Below are positions 19,322 to 28,893 of a stretch of DNA of 64,000 nt, piece after piece. The DNA is taken from the NCBI GenBank assembly GCA_024236095.1, contig JACKLD010000012.1:214291-278290 (forward strand), read 5' to 3'. The DNA comes from Pseudomonadaceae bacterium. GTDB lineage: Bacteria; Pseudomonadota; Alphaproteobacteria; UBA2136; UBA6156. A model generated the notes under the pieces. The model made no database searches and was not told the origin of the DNA. It was given only the letters and a program-made list of their open reading frames with translations. Numbering within the stretch: position 1 is the first letter of the stretch; each line of letters begins with the position of its first letter. The translations under genes and the position numbers were made by a program.

Positions 19322-21487
19322 CTATTCAACAATTCCCTCTTCCACCGCCATCTTCGGCACCGCCATCGCCTTGCGCTCGGGCTCACCGGCGGCCACGTCG
19401 GCGCCCGCACCGCCCGCCTGCCGTGTTTCGGCAAACCATTCGGCATAAACAAGCTGCAATTCAGCCATGGTGGAGCCTGCCCACCACGCCAACTTGTAAA
19501 GCCCCGGCGCCATCTGGTACACGCCATGGCGCAGCTTCAGGTTGTCCAGCGCTTGCTCGCGCACCTCCCACACCGCGTCATACAGGCCGCTGGCCATGTT
19601 CTCCAAATCGTCAAATTCGTCGACGTTGCGCCACACTTCCTGCGCCGACAGGCGCGGCGTCTCTTCGCCCACATCGCCCACATAAGGCAGCGGCGCCAGC
19701 AACACCAAGTCTTCGGCCGGAAGCTCCGGCAAAAGGTAGCGGGCAATGTACGGATAATTCTCCAGCACGTCCTCGCTTGGCTCACGCAGCACCTCCTTGG
19801 CTCCCAGCCAGGGCATGTCGGCGGACGGCGGCAACGCGGCGGCGTAGTTCTCCACCGAAAGGTACGGCTGGACAATCGGGCACACCCGCCCCTCGTCCTC
19901 GGCCGGGCACACCCCGTGCTCACGGTTGCGCGGGTGCAGCTCGGGGAACCAGAAGGTATCGATTTCAAATTCAAACTCCGGCGGCAGCGGGTGATACCCC
20001 ACATCGGCCATCACCGCATTGCCTTCAATCTTGGCCACCGCACTGATGGGCAAACGCTGCCCCGCCAGCCGCCGCTCCAGCGCATCGAAGGTAATCACGT
20101 CAAAACCCTTGCGCGGCACGATCGGGTAAAAACGCCCTTTCATTTTCTCGGGCACCGGCGCCAGCCAGCGGTTTTCATCCATGGGGTGACGCATCGCCTC
20201 GTAAATATGCTGCCAGCTTTCATAAAAGTAGTGCAGCGGGTCCCACAATGGGCCGAACAACTGTAAAAAGCGGCCGGTGGTCAAATCCCAGCCCCACAAC
20301 GCGGGGTTTTCAAAGTGCTCGGGGTGGGTGGGCAACCATGTGCTGCCCCATGCCGCCACGGTGCGGCTGTGCGGCAGGTTCAGGTTGGGGATAAGCGGCA
20401 GCGGATCGGCCACGTTGGGGCTGATATAGCCGCTCCCGTCGCTCACCGCCACACGGGCGGGCACAATCTTGCGGGCGGTAATGTAGCCGGGCGCCAGCAC
20501 CTCCAAAATCGTCCCCACCGGCGCCTTGTCGGCCCGTTCTTCCGCCACCTCGTGCAGCCCGCGCACCACCCGGCCCGGCCAGTAGTCTTCCAGCTCGAAC
20601 TCACGGCTCACCACCTGCATGCCGTTGCAGGCTTCAAAGGTCGGTATCAGCGTGCAGCCCTTGGCGAACAGGCCGTCCACCCATTCTTCGCCGCCCTGAG
20701 CCTCCAGCCAGTCTTCATAATCCGTCCCTTCAGGACGCACCGCCCATGCCGCCAACAAGGCGTCTCCGGCCGCGGCAGCATCCGCTTCGGCCACGCCGTC
20801 CTGCTTGGCAAACAGCATCTGCACCTGCGGCAGCTTCCAGCCGTCAATGTAAAAGGTATCGGGACGGTATTTGTAAGGGTACAAGTTCGGTGCATCATAC
20901 ACTGCCTGCACCGCCACATCGTCCGGCGCCCCGCTGGGCTGGCCCACCGGCCCGCGCCCCATGTCGAGGTTGCGGAACTTCAGCAAAAACACCTGTTCCA
21001 GCAACTCGGCTCCTTCCATGCGCCCGTCCACCTCGCGGCAATGGCGCGGGAACACCGCCAACGGCAGCCACGGCTTGGCGGGCCGCCCTTCGTCATCCAT
21101 GGCGGCGGCGTTGTAGGCGTCCCATTCCAGCGCGGTCTTGGCCTCCGGCCCGAGGCCGATATACACCGTCCGCCCCGCCAAATCCCGCACAAACAAGGGA
21201 GATAACGGCACTTCGGTATCCACCTCCATCAACGTCAAAATGTTCTCGTCGGTGGCCACGTTGTGCCCGTGCACACAGCCGCGCGGGTCACTCTGCCATG
21301 CCTCGCTCACCCGCTTGGGGCCTTCGGTGCCGTCAAACGGGTCGATGTCAAACAACGCACTGCCACCATCCCACAGATACGGATGCAGCCCCATGCCAAT
21401 CTCATGCCGCCCATACCGTGCCACCATGCGCTTGGTTGGCACCTTGCCCTTTTGCCCCCATGCGTTTTTGTAGTTCAGAACGTCCAT
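19322..21487 (-). CDS. Large hypothetical protein (721 aa), no recognisable domain
   Basis: Clean ATG start with coding-like codon usage. No signal peptide and no motif I can assign. Adjacent to the giant membrane protein gene. Confidence 0.6.
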   Translation of the reverse strand: MDVLNYKNAWGQKGKVPTKRMVARYGRHEIGMGLHPYLWDGGSALFDIDPFDGTEGPKRVSEAWQSDPRGCVHGHNVATDENILTLMEVDTEVPLSPLFVRDLAGRTVYIGLGPEAKTALEWDAYNAAAMDDEGRPAKPWLPLAVFPRHCREVDGRMEGAELLEQVFLLKFRNLDMGRGPVGQPSGAPDDVAVQAVYDAPNLYPYKYRPDTFYIDGWKLPQVQMLFAKQDGVAEADAAAAGDALLAAWAVRPEGTDYEDWLEAQGGEEWVDGLFAKGCTLIPTFEACNGMQVVSREFELEDYWPGRVVRGLHEVAEERADKAPVGTILEVLAPGYITARKIVPARVAVSDGSGYISPNVADPLPLIPNLNLPHSRTVAAWGSTWLPTHPEHFENPALWGWDLTTGRFLQLFGPLWDPLHYFYESWQHIYEAMRHPMDENRWLAPVPEKMKGRFYPIVPRKGFDVITFDALERRLAGQRLPISAVAKIEGNAVMADVGYHPLPPEFEFEIDTFWFPELHPRNREHGVCPAEDEGRVCPIVQPYLSVENYAAALPPSADMPWLGAKEVLREPSEDVLENYPYIARYLLPELPAEDLVLLAPLPYVGDVGEETPRLSAQEVWRNVDEFDDLENMASGLYDAVWEVREQALDNLKLRHGVYQMAPGLYKLAWWAGSTMAELQLVYAEWFAETRQAGGAGADVAAGEPERKAMAVPKMAVEEGIVE

Positions 21488-21514
21488 ATTCTTCTTCTTT
21501 TTGTGGTTAAGTCA

Positions 21515-24500
21515 CTAGCTTATATTGAATCCTCGGCTGGCGAAAATCTTGTTGGCAATACCCTGCTTCACGCTGTCATCAACCTTGTCGTCCAGCATCT
21601 GGATGATCAACTGCACATGCTGGTTGTAGTTCCCTACGCTCATCAGGGCGGCCTGCTCGTGGGTGGTCAGGTCATCCACCATGTCGGTAATTTGGTCCAA
21701 CACATTGATGCCAACCCCGGCACTGGCCAACAGGTTGCGCAAGCTGGCCTCGACGGCAGGACGGTTTTTGTCAAACATCGCCGCACGCTTGTAAGCATTC
21801 TGCGCCTGAACCTTGATCTGCTTCCGCGTCTTCTGCACATGCGGCATGGAATACTTGGCGTTGATGCTCTGTTGCAGCACACTGTTGATGCCTTCCTCAA
21901 ACGCCGCTTCATGGATCACGTTCAACGGGCTGTGCTTCTTGTAATCCTTCAAAATCACCTTGGCGTTGTTACGAACATCCACCGGCAAACTGGTATCGGC
22001 CAACTGCGCCTGCAGCTCGGCCTTGTAGTCCACATCAGCCTGACGCAACTGCAGGAACATGTCGGCCACCCCGCGCATTTGGTAGAACTGCCGTTTGCCG
22101 CTCAACATCTTGTTGAGCGCGCCAACCTTGTAATCGTCACCCAAGTCTTCGCGCATGAACTTGGTCACCGCATAGGCGTCATTCCGCGTCCGCGCCGCCG
22201 TGCCGTAGCTCTTGCGGGCGTCTTTTTCCACCAAGTAATAGTGGTCGCCAAACGCCCCTTCAAAGGTGCCGCCCACTTCCTTGGTGGCCTTGCTGCCGGC
22301 CAGCTCGCGCATCACGGCGGGAGTCAGCTTCACTTCGCCACCCGCCACCTTCATGGTGCCGTTTTGCACGGTGATCGCCATTTGGCGGTTGTTCATGTAC
22401 TGCTGCATCGCCTGCATCATGGTGGCGCCGCGCAGCTCTTCGGCACTGAAGAACGCCTTGCTGCCCTCGCGCCCGGTGGCCTGCTGCAAGGCCTTGTAGC
22501 CATCGGCGTTTTTCGCCGCCGCTTCGCTGGCCGCCTGCCGTGCGGCGTTCATCATGCCCCTGAAGGCATCCTGCCCCATCGCCATGTTGCCGAAGTACTG
22601 GTCACCCTTGGCAATCTCGCCGATTTCCTTCTCGTAGAAGCCCAAGCGCTGGCCTGCCGCCTTTCGTTCTTTCCATTTCTTGAAGCCACCCGCTTCCTGC
22701 CATGCACGGGCGCGTTCAGGGCCTTCCTTACCCTCGTTCAACACTTCCTTGATGACATTGAAGCCCGGAATGCTCCCCGCCGCCCCGCTGGCGGTAATCG
22801 AACCATAAAAGCCCGACGCCGCCGTCATCCAATACCCCGGCAAACTGGGCTTGTAATCGTTTTTCTTGATACGCTCACCCAGTTCTTTATGACGCTTGCG
22901 CATGTCTTCCAGACGAACATCGTCGATACTTTTCGCGGCTGTCTCTTCCAACATGTCTCCGGTGGCTTTCCACACGGCTTTCGAAGACGCCTCGATATCC
23001 TTGGCCTTGGGCTGGCCACCATCCACGATCTTGTCGTAAATGGTTTTTGCCTCCTTGGTGTTGTCTTTCCCGTCCGCAACCACGCCGCCTGCTGCCTTCA
23101 CATCTCCGGCCGTGGCTTCTTCCATTTGCCCTTGCTGCACCGCTGCCTGCTGTGCGGTGGCGCTTGTTACCGCATCGCCATCCTGTCCCGGCGCCTGCTG
23201 TCCCAAGCTGCCGACATTCAAAGTCTGCACATCCATCTGGCCGACACTTCCGGCGCCACCGCCACCTCCCTGTGGGCCGCTTCCCGGAGATATGGGTCCC
23301 TTGGGAGTATTCGGGCCGCCATCACCATCATCACCATCGTCATCAGTTCTGGGTTTCCTCAAACGATCGAACGCCTCGTTTTCCCGCTCGGCCTGTGTTT
23401 GCATATCAAACATCCGGTTTGCTTCTTCAGCTTCCGTCTGCAAATCGTACATGGCATTGGCATCTTCCGCCTCCGCCATAATGCTGTCGGCATTGGCTTC
23501 AAAGTCACTTTGGGCTTGGTCAAGACGCGCATTTTCAGCTTCAGCTTCGTTTTGAAGATCAAACATATCGTTTGCAGCATAGGCCATATCTTCTTCTGCA
23601 GCCCTCATCTGCTTCTCAAGGGCATCCCTTTCCTCCATATCCCGCTCACGTTGCGCCTCAGTATCTTGCTTGCCGAGCTTACGCCGATTCCACGCACTCA
23701 ATCCCGCCCCGCCCACACCTGCCCCAACCGCCGACGCGATGGTAATAGCGGCTTTTTTCCCTGCATCGGCAATTTTCTCCGCAGCCCCATCAATCTCGGT
23801 AAGCTTCTGGATATTCTGCGCATCGCCGATCTTGAAAATCAGGAACATGGTCATCCCCACCAGCGACGAGTAAATTCCCGCAATCCCGAACAGGAACACG
23901 CCTTGGCGGAAGTTGCTGTCGATAGGCCCCTGTCCGGTGAGCGAGATGGCTTTGTAAATCACATCGCCCAACCGGTCGACCAGCAAGAATGTCACCGGCA
24001 CAACCTTCAACACCCCCACAATCAGGATGCTCTGGATAAGAAGCCCGGCAGCATGGTTGGGCATGGCAATCCCGAACAGGAAGGCAATCGGCGTGATCAT
24101 GATCACCATCAGCAACACCATATCGACAATGACACGCATAATTTCGATAATCGCCATGGCCACAATCCCGGCAAAAATAGACGCAAGGCCCGTCAACATC
24201 TTCCCGATGGCTGCAATAAAGCTACCAATTGCCCCTTTACCCCAAAAGCCGGTATCTTCCGTCAAGACTTTGACTTCGTTCAAACCAAGAGCATCAACCC
24301 CCTTGGCCATTTCTTCGTTTTGGAGCTGCTTGGCGGTATTTCTCAAAACAATCGCGTAAATCGACTCCGCCAAGAAACGTCGTTTTTCAATGTCGCTGGT
24401 TTTGGCGTCCAAATTTTCCTTGAAGAACTTGCCGTTGAAGTAGGTGATGAAGTTGTTGATGGATTCTGCCGATACCTGCCCCCCCTGCAGCATCGATGCA

Positions 24501-25933
24501 TCCCAAAGTTGCGGAATAGGCTTGCTGCCGTTTACGTACTCGCGCAAGGCCGAAGGAACATTCCACCCCAAAAACATCCCTTCATAAACCTGATTGGCAC
24601 TGGCTTGGCTGCACCTGCTTGATTGCAGGTCGTACTTGGTATCTTGGGCAAATGTCGCATCAGTGATACGCCCCGGAATAACCATGGATGGGGCTGGCAT
24701 CGACCCAAGAACCGTTGCAGGGCTCGACGCCATTCTCAGAATTCCTGCCAACGAAGTCCGCCCTTCCGCATCAACATCAGACTTTGGATCCTCAAATGCC
24801 TGCTGAACTTTCGATTGTGCCCGTGGAAGCGTGGCTTTCAACAACCCCTTGAAAGATGAACTGGTTCCCGAGCTGCCCAGGTCCGACTGTGTCACCAAGT
24901 AATATAATAGCGAATCTGGGCGCGCATGCACGCGCGCAAGCGTCGCCTGCCCCTTTAAGTCCTTAATCAGTTTTGCGTAACTGATGCACGTATCGCAGTT
25001 ACCCACTCCCGTAACAGGAGATCCATTAGACTTTATTGCCATGTTACGGATTTCCAGCAAGCCCTGCTTATACATCTCTGGCTTGTTCGGAATCGACTCT
25101 TCGTCCTCGTATAACATCAACATAGGCGGGACAAACACCGAAAGGTCTTGCGCATTCGTTTTCGCGTAAAAATCTTTAATATTTGCAATAAATGCGGGCA
25201 AGCTGTCAGGGGCAACCAGTGCATCCACCCCTGTAGCCGCAGGAGATGTTGTTGCACCCGCTGTCGCTGTTGTAGCAGGCGCCGTTGCCGCAGCAGCAGG
25301 CTGCAAATCCTTGGGGAGAGGCGGAATGCCACATTGCGCAAAATCTTTGGCCAGATTGTACCAGTTTCTACCGGCTGAAATAGACGGACTCGACATCAAA
25401 AACCGCTCAGCCTCCGCAGCCGCAATCAGCCCCTGATACCCCTGCGACCTGAACAAGTCGGCAAAAATCACTTCCAGCGTGGTGCCCACGTGGGCGGCCA
25501 CCAACTGCGGGGTAAAGCCCATGACTTCTGGGACAGATTGCGTGGCACCGGGAGTTGCCGCCACCATACCGGGAGATATCGGCTTGTTGATCTTGTAAAA
25601 TAACAACTGGCTGTTATAAGGCGCAAACAAACAGATGATGGTCACCAGCAACCACGCCGCAATGGTCTTGAAGTTGTGCAGCGCCTTGTTGAAGACGATC
25701 GCCAGCGCCCCCACCAGCGCCGAGGCCAGCGCCACGTAGTACAGTGCGGGCACTGCGCCACCGTTGTAGCCCTTGAACAGGAACCATTGAAAAGTAAACC
25801 CGGTCAGCAGACTGTCCATCTGCGCCTTGGTCATGCTCAAAAACGGAAACGTCGTATCCGGCGTAAAACTCTGCGCAAACGCCCCGCCACTGGCGAAAAC
25901 AAACGCCAACGCGAAAAGCGCCAACAGGCGCAT
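21515..25933 (-). CDS. Giant secreted/polytopic membrane protein (about 1470 aa), VirB6/TraG_N-like topology with coiled-coil tandem repeats and an Asp/Gly-rich linker
   Basis: Signal peptide MRLLALFALAFVFASGGAFAQ, then 2 TM helices, a soluble segment of about 450 aa, a cluster of 4-5 TM helices (aa about 640-790), then 22-aa coiled-coil repeats (DMFDLQNEAEAENARLD...). These are followed by a DDDGDDGDGGPNTPKGP...GGGGGAG linker and a C-terminal domain of about 600 aa. Lower GC than the flanks. Confidence 0.65.
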   Translation of the reverse strand: MRLLALFALAFVFASGGAFAQSFTPDTTFPFLSMTKAQMDSLLTGFTFQWFLFKGYNGGAVPALYYVALASALVGALAIVFNKALHNFKTIAAWLLVTIICLFAPYNSQLLFYKINKPISPGMVAATPGATQSVPEVMGFTPQLVAAHVGTTLEVIFADLFRSQGYQGLIAAAEAERFLMSSPSISAGRNWYNLAKDFAQCGIPPLPKDLQPAAAATAPATTATAGATTSPAATGVDALVAPDSLPAFIANIKDFYAKTNAQDLSVFVPPMLMLYEDEESIPNKPEMYKQGLLEIRNMAIKSNGSPVTGVGNCDTCISYAKLIKDLKGQATLARVHARPDSLLYYLVTQSDLGSSGTSSSFKGLLKATLPRAQSKVQQAFEDPKSDVDAEGRTSLAGILRMASSPATVLGSMPAPSMVIPGRITDATFAQDTKYDLQSSRCSQASANQVYEGMFLGWNVPSALREYVNGSKPIPQLWDASMLQGGQVSAESINNFITYFNGKFFKENLDAKTSDIEKRRFLAESIYAIVLRNTAKQLQNEEMAKGVDALGLNEVKVLTEDTGFWGKGAIGSFIAAIGKMLTGLASIFAGIVAMAIIEIMRVIVDMVLLMVIMITPIAFLFGIAMPNHAAGLLIQSILIVGVLKVVPVTFLLVDRLGDVIYKAISLTGQGPIDSNFRQGVFLFGIAGIYSSLVGMTMFLIFKIGDAQNIQKLTEIDGAAEKIADAGKKAAITIASAVGAGVGGAGLSAWNRRKLGKQDTEAQRERDMEERDALEKQMRAAEEDMAYAANDMFDLQNEAEAENARLDQAQSDFEANADSIMAEAEDANAMYDLQTEAEEANRMFDMQTQAERENEAFDRLRKPRTDDDGDDGDGGPNTPKGPISPGSGPQGGGGGAGSVGQMDVQTLNVGSLGQQAPGQDGDAVTSATAQQAAVQQGQMEEATAGDVKAAGGVVADGKDNTKEAKTIYDKIVDGGQPKAKDIEASSKAVWKATGDMLEETAAKSIDDVRLEDMRKRHKELGERIKKNDYKPSLPGYWMTAASGFYGSITASGAAGSIPGFNVIKEVLNEGKEGPERARAWQEAGGFKKWKERKAAGQRLGFYEKEIGEIAKGDQYFGNMAMGQDAFRGMMNAARQAASEAAAKNADGYKALQQATGREGSKAFFSAEELRGATMMQAMQQYMNNRQMAITVQNGTMKVAGGEVKLTPAVMRELAGSKATKEVGGTFEGAFGDHYYLVEKDARKSYGTAARTRNDAYAVTKFMREDLGDDYKVGALNKMLSGKRQFYQMRGVADMFLQLRQADVDYKAELQAQLADTSLPVDVRNNAKVILKDYKKHSPLNVIHEAAFEEGINSVLQQSINAKYSMPHVQKTRKQIKVQAQNAYKRAAMFDKNRPAVEASLRNLLASAGVGINVLDQITDMVDDLTTHEQAALMSVGNYNQHVQLIIQMLDDKVDDSVKQGIANKIFASRGFNIS

Positions 25934-26140
25934 GTCACCAAAGCGGCGCGGGCACGTCATAGGTACATTGTGGGGATGCTTCCGCCCGTCTTCAAGGGAT
26001 ACAAAGGTATACCTGCCCATCTCTGTGGCGTTTTGGCCCCGACCTCTGCCCGATGCAATGCCCATGAGAACACGGAGACCACCATACGCCATCACCACGC
26101 CCGCAGGGCCTCATTGCGAGCGCCGTGCGGCAATCTCCCC

Positions 26141-26319
26141 TCCCGTTCATCAACTTTGGAAACTCATTCAAAAACTGGCGGAACGGGAGGGATTGCCGTC
26201 GCTCCGCTCGGCGGCCTGCGGCTCGAGCCCATGCCCGTAGGTCGTATCGAGAGTTCTCACCCTCCCGTTCATCAACTTTGGAAACTCATTCAAAAACTGG
26301 CGGACGGGAGGGATTCGAA
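26141..26319. repeat. Two tandem copies of a 58-bp hairpin unit, each ending in a copy of the tRNA-Ser 3' end (att-site direct repeats)
   Basis: CCCTCCCGTTCATCAACTTTGGAAACTCATTCAAAAACTGGCGGA(A)CGGGAGGGATT appears at 26141-26198 and 26259-26319. TGGCGGAACGGGAGGGATTCGAA equals the 3' end of tRNA-Ser at 31909-31931. Confidence 0.65.
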
Positions 26320-26483
26320 TTGAAGAAATAATGCTTTAATTTGATTCAGTTAAAAAATTTTCTAAAAATCCCAAGGCCCCTATTTAAGCCCCCATAACAA
26401 TCCGCTTTTTACTTTCAAACACTTGATTCATAAGTACTAATCCTTACTATTCATCAATACTGTAGGTTATAAATCATCTCTCG

Positions 26484-26942
26484 TCAACTTGACGTGCATG
26501 CAGATACAGCTCTGCTGTATACCCTAACCGATTCAATTGTATTATTTTCAACAAAATCCCAGAAATCTTCGCTAAACTTTAATCTAGGGTTGAAGGCGAT
26601 TGAAAAACCACTTGAAGCTAACTTTTTCAAATTTAAAGCTTCTGCAAACCACTCTAGTACATTGAGAGGGTTTGAATGCACGCTGGGCTTCTGTGCCACA
26701 AATACTAAATGTCCACCATCACGGTAAAACTCATCAGATAAAACAATAAAACACTCCAAAAACGGCCAATCATCAAAAGTTGAAGGAATACCACCGGGAG
26801 TAGTGATTAAATCTTTCTTCCGGTGACACGCAATTCTTGAAAAAGCATATTTTTCATCATCAAGTAGCCCATTATTAATATAGGCAAATTTTGTATTCTT
26901 AGAATTTGTAAATTCAAAACTTTCGGAAAAAAATATTCTTAA
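26484..26942 (-). pseudogene. Decayed gene remnant (no ATG; frame open to 26942) in a very AT-rich stretch
   Basis: The ORF-track M at 26757-26759 is a TTG. The frame continues upstream with ...KYAFSRIACHRKKDLITTPGGIPSTFDDWPFLECF... and no ATG. Confidence 0.3.
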
Positions 26943-27259
26943 TTATCTCACTTCTAGATGTTTTTTGTTCTAACGGTAACGATGCTTGAGCATCCTCAAT
27001 AAGTGAAAACGCATAAACACCAAAACGGATTTTTCCCTCACTCATTCGAGTTACCTCTCCATTGATTTCTTAGAAACTTCATCCACCACTTTCACATCTG
27101 AAAACCAGAAGTTTTAACTCTCCTCGCACAACAAGTTATTAAGTTAATTCAACGGGTAGATTATATAATAAAATTCAAATCGTAAGTCAAACTTTACAAT
27201 ACTACAGTGCCGCTGTAATCTTCTTGTGTTAAGGCTTATTTTGTTGTATACGAAACGGC

Positions 27260-28291
27260 ATGATAAATAATGTAAAGTCTGCCGTTTGTGACCCAAAGCC
27301 AATAATTACCTTGGGTGTTCCGGCGCGTAATGAGGCTCAAAATCTCCCACGGTTGGTATCCTCCCTTCTACATAATCAACAAATTGTTCAGGATCGATAT
27401 CATTTACAAACACTTATTTGCATAAATGGCTCAACTGACAAGAGCGAAGAAGTCGCCTGTAGTTTGGGGGGTGACCCACGTTATCAGGATTTAAACATTA
27501 GTGTGTTATCATCTGATGCCGGGAAAATGGCTGCACAACAAGAAATCTGCCGCCAACGGCAGGGTGAGTGGGTTGTTTTCGCCGACGCTGATACTGAATT
27601 GGATCAAAACTGCCTAAATGGCTTGTTGATCGATGCGGAGCAACATCCGGAGGCACAGGTAGTATATGCTGATACTATTCCACAATGGTCTGGAAAATTA
27701 AGTTTGTTTGACTGGATGCTCAGCGTTCACTATCAGCAACCTGATGTTTTAACGCATCGTCACTACTTCCAAGGGCGTAGCTTTTTGATTAAATGCCCCG
27801 ATGTTTTTCTCTCCACGATGCGGAAAGGTGAGGGTTTGGAAAAGGCCTATCCTCGATTTTTAAACCTTCAAGCAGGGCCACAAATTGACGATGTGTACTT
27901 GTCACGTTTGATTTTCGACAAGTACGGCGCTGGATCAATGTTAAAATCCCCTTCGGCAAGGTTGAACTATGTTCCGCCCCGCAGCATGGCAGATTACTAC
28001 CGAGGCATGAAACGCCTGCTTATTGAGATTCATCGGCTGGATATTTTGTATCCTGAACATGCTCACTTACAGCGAGATTATTTCCAGCGCCGGACAATTC
28101 TTAAACGTTGGGCTGGATTGACGGCCTCAACCCAGTTGCGTCATATGGGTTACAAGAGCTTTGACCATGTGGTGAGGGGTATTGTTAAAATGCAGATTGC
28201 AAAAGGGTATTTGTTCCCAAATTCAGAAACAGAGCTTTGGCCGGAGACGAGGACAACCAAGTCCTTTGAGCAGGAGGATAAGGAAGTATAA
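27260..28291 (+). CDS. Glycosyltransferase family 2 (GT-A fold)
   Basis: ITLGVPARNEAQNLPRLVSSL N-terminus and a DAD (DxD) motif in VVFADADTELD. Soluble, low GC. Confidence 0.7.
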   Translation: MINNVKSAVCDPKPIITLGVPARNEAQNLPRLVSSLLHNQQIVQDRYHLQTLICINGSTDKSEEVACSLGGDPRYQDLNISVLSSDAGKMAAQQEICRQRQGEWVVFADADTELDQNCLNGLLIDAEQHPEAQVVYADTIPQWSGKLSLFDWMLSVHYQQPDVLTHRHYFQGRSFLIKCPDVFLSTMRKGEGLEKAYPRFLNLQAGPQIDDVYLSRLIFDKYGAGSMLKSPSARLNYVPPRSMADYYRGMKRLLIEIHRLDILYPEHAHLQRDYFQRRTILKRWAGLTASTQLRHMGYKSFDHVVRGIVKMQIAKGYLFPNSETELWPETRTTKSFEQEDKEV

Positions 28292-28893
28292 TGAACGATT
28301 ATTCAAAGCTTAATTTGGGGTGTGGACAGAGGCCGAATAACAAGTTCCCTCGGCCATGGTTGAATGTCGACCGAGAGGGGGCGGTGGCTGATATAACATG
28401 GGATATTGCTGACCTGCCGCAAGCATGGAACGCCACTTTTGATGAGGTTCGTGTTTCCCACGTTTTAGAGCATTTCTTTTTGGCTGAGGTACCGAATGTT
28501 CTTGCTGGGTGGTTACGGGTTTTGAAACCGAATGGAGTGTTGAGGGTTATTGTACCAGACTTGGATATTATTCTAAAAAATCTTCAGGATGGGATTGATG
28601 CAAAAGGGCGTACAGCCCTGTCTACCACCGAAACCACTCCTGTACTCGCCCAAATATACGGGATTGGTTATGATCAGGCTTCTACGGGGACACACTGGCG
28701 GCACCGGATGATTTACAATGAGGCCATGTTACGTTCTATCCTTCTACAAACGGGTCAGCTCACCAATATCACGAGATATTCTAAGGTTGATGATCCTGCC
28801 TATGGTTTTGGAATAGTGGATGATTCTCAAAATATCTTTTCACTTGGCATGAAAGCCGATAAAGTAACAACGCATGAAATGATGGGGGTTTAG
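28291..28893 (+). CDS. Class I SAM-dependent methyltransferase
   Basis: LNLGCGQRP motif I and VSHVLEHF, with a Methyltransf_11/23-like layout. The ATG overlaps the upstream stop (TAATGA). Confidence 0.7.
   Translation: MNDYSKLNLGCGQRPNNKFPRPWLNVDREGAVADITWDIADLPQAWNATFDEVRVSHVLEHFFLAEVPNVLAGWLRVLKPNGVLRVIVPDLDIILKNLQDGIDAKGRTALSTTETTPVLAQIYGIGYDQASTGTHWRHRMIYNEAMLRSILLQTGQLTNITRYSKVDDPAYGFGIVDDSQNIFSLGMKADKVTTHEMMGV

Noticed and set aside
21263-24622. 1119-aa plus-strand ORF
   Set aside because: It is antisense to the giant membrane-protein gene. Its low-complexity His/Arg/Leu-rich translation is typical of shadow frames.
26141-26319. Possible CRISPR-like array
   Set aside because: There are only two copies. 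The repeat contains the tRNA-Ser 3' end and an internal hairpin. No cas genes are present. It is better explained as att-site scars.
26757-26759. ORF-track start M of the 91-aa ORF
   Set aside because: The codon is TTG. The frame stays open upstream with no ATG, so I treat it as a gene remnant and not an intact 91-aa gene.
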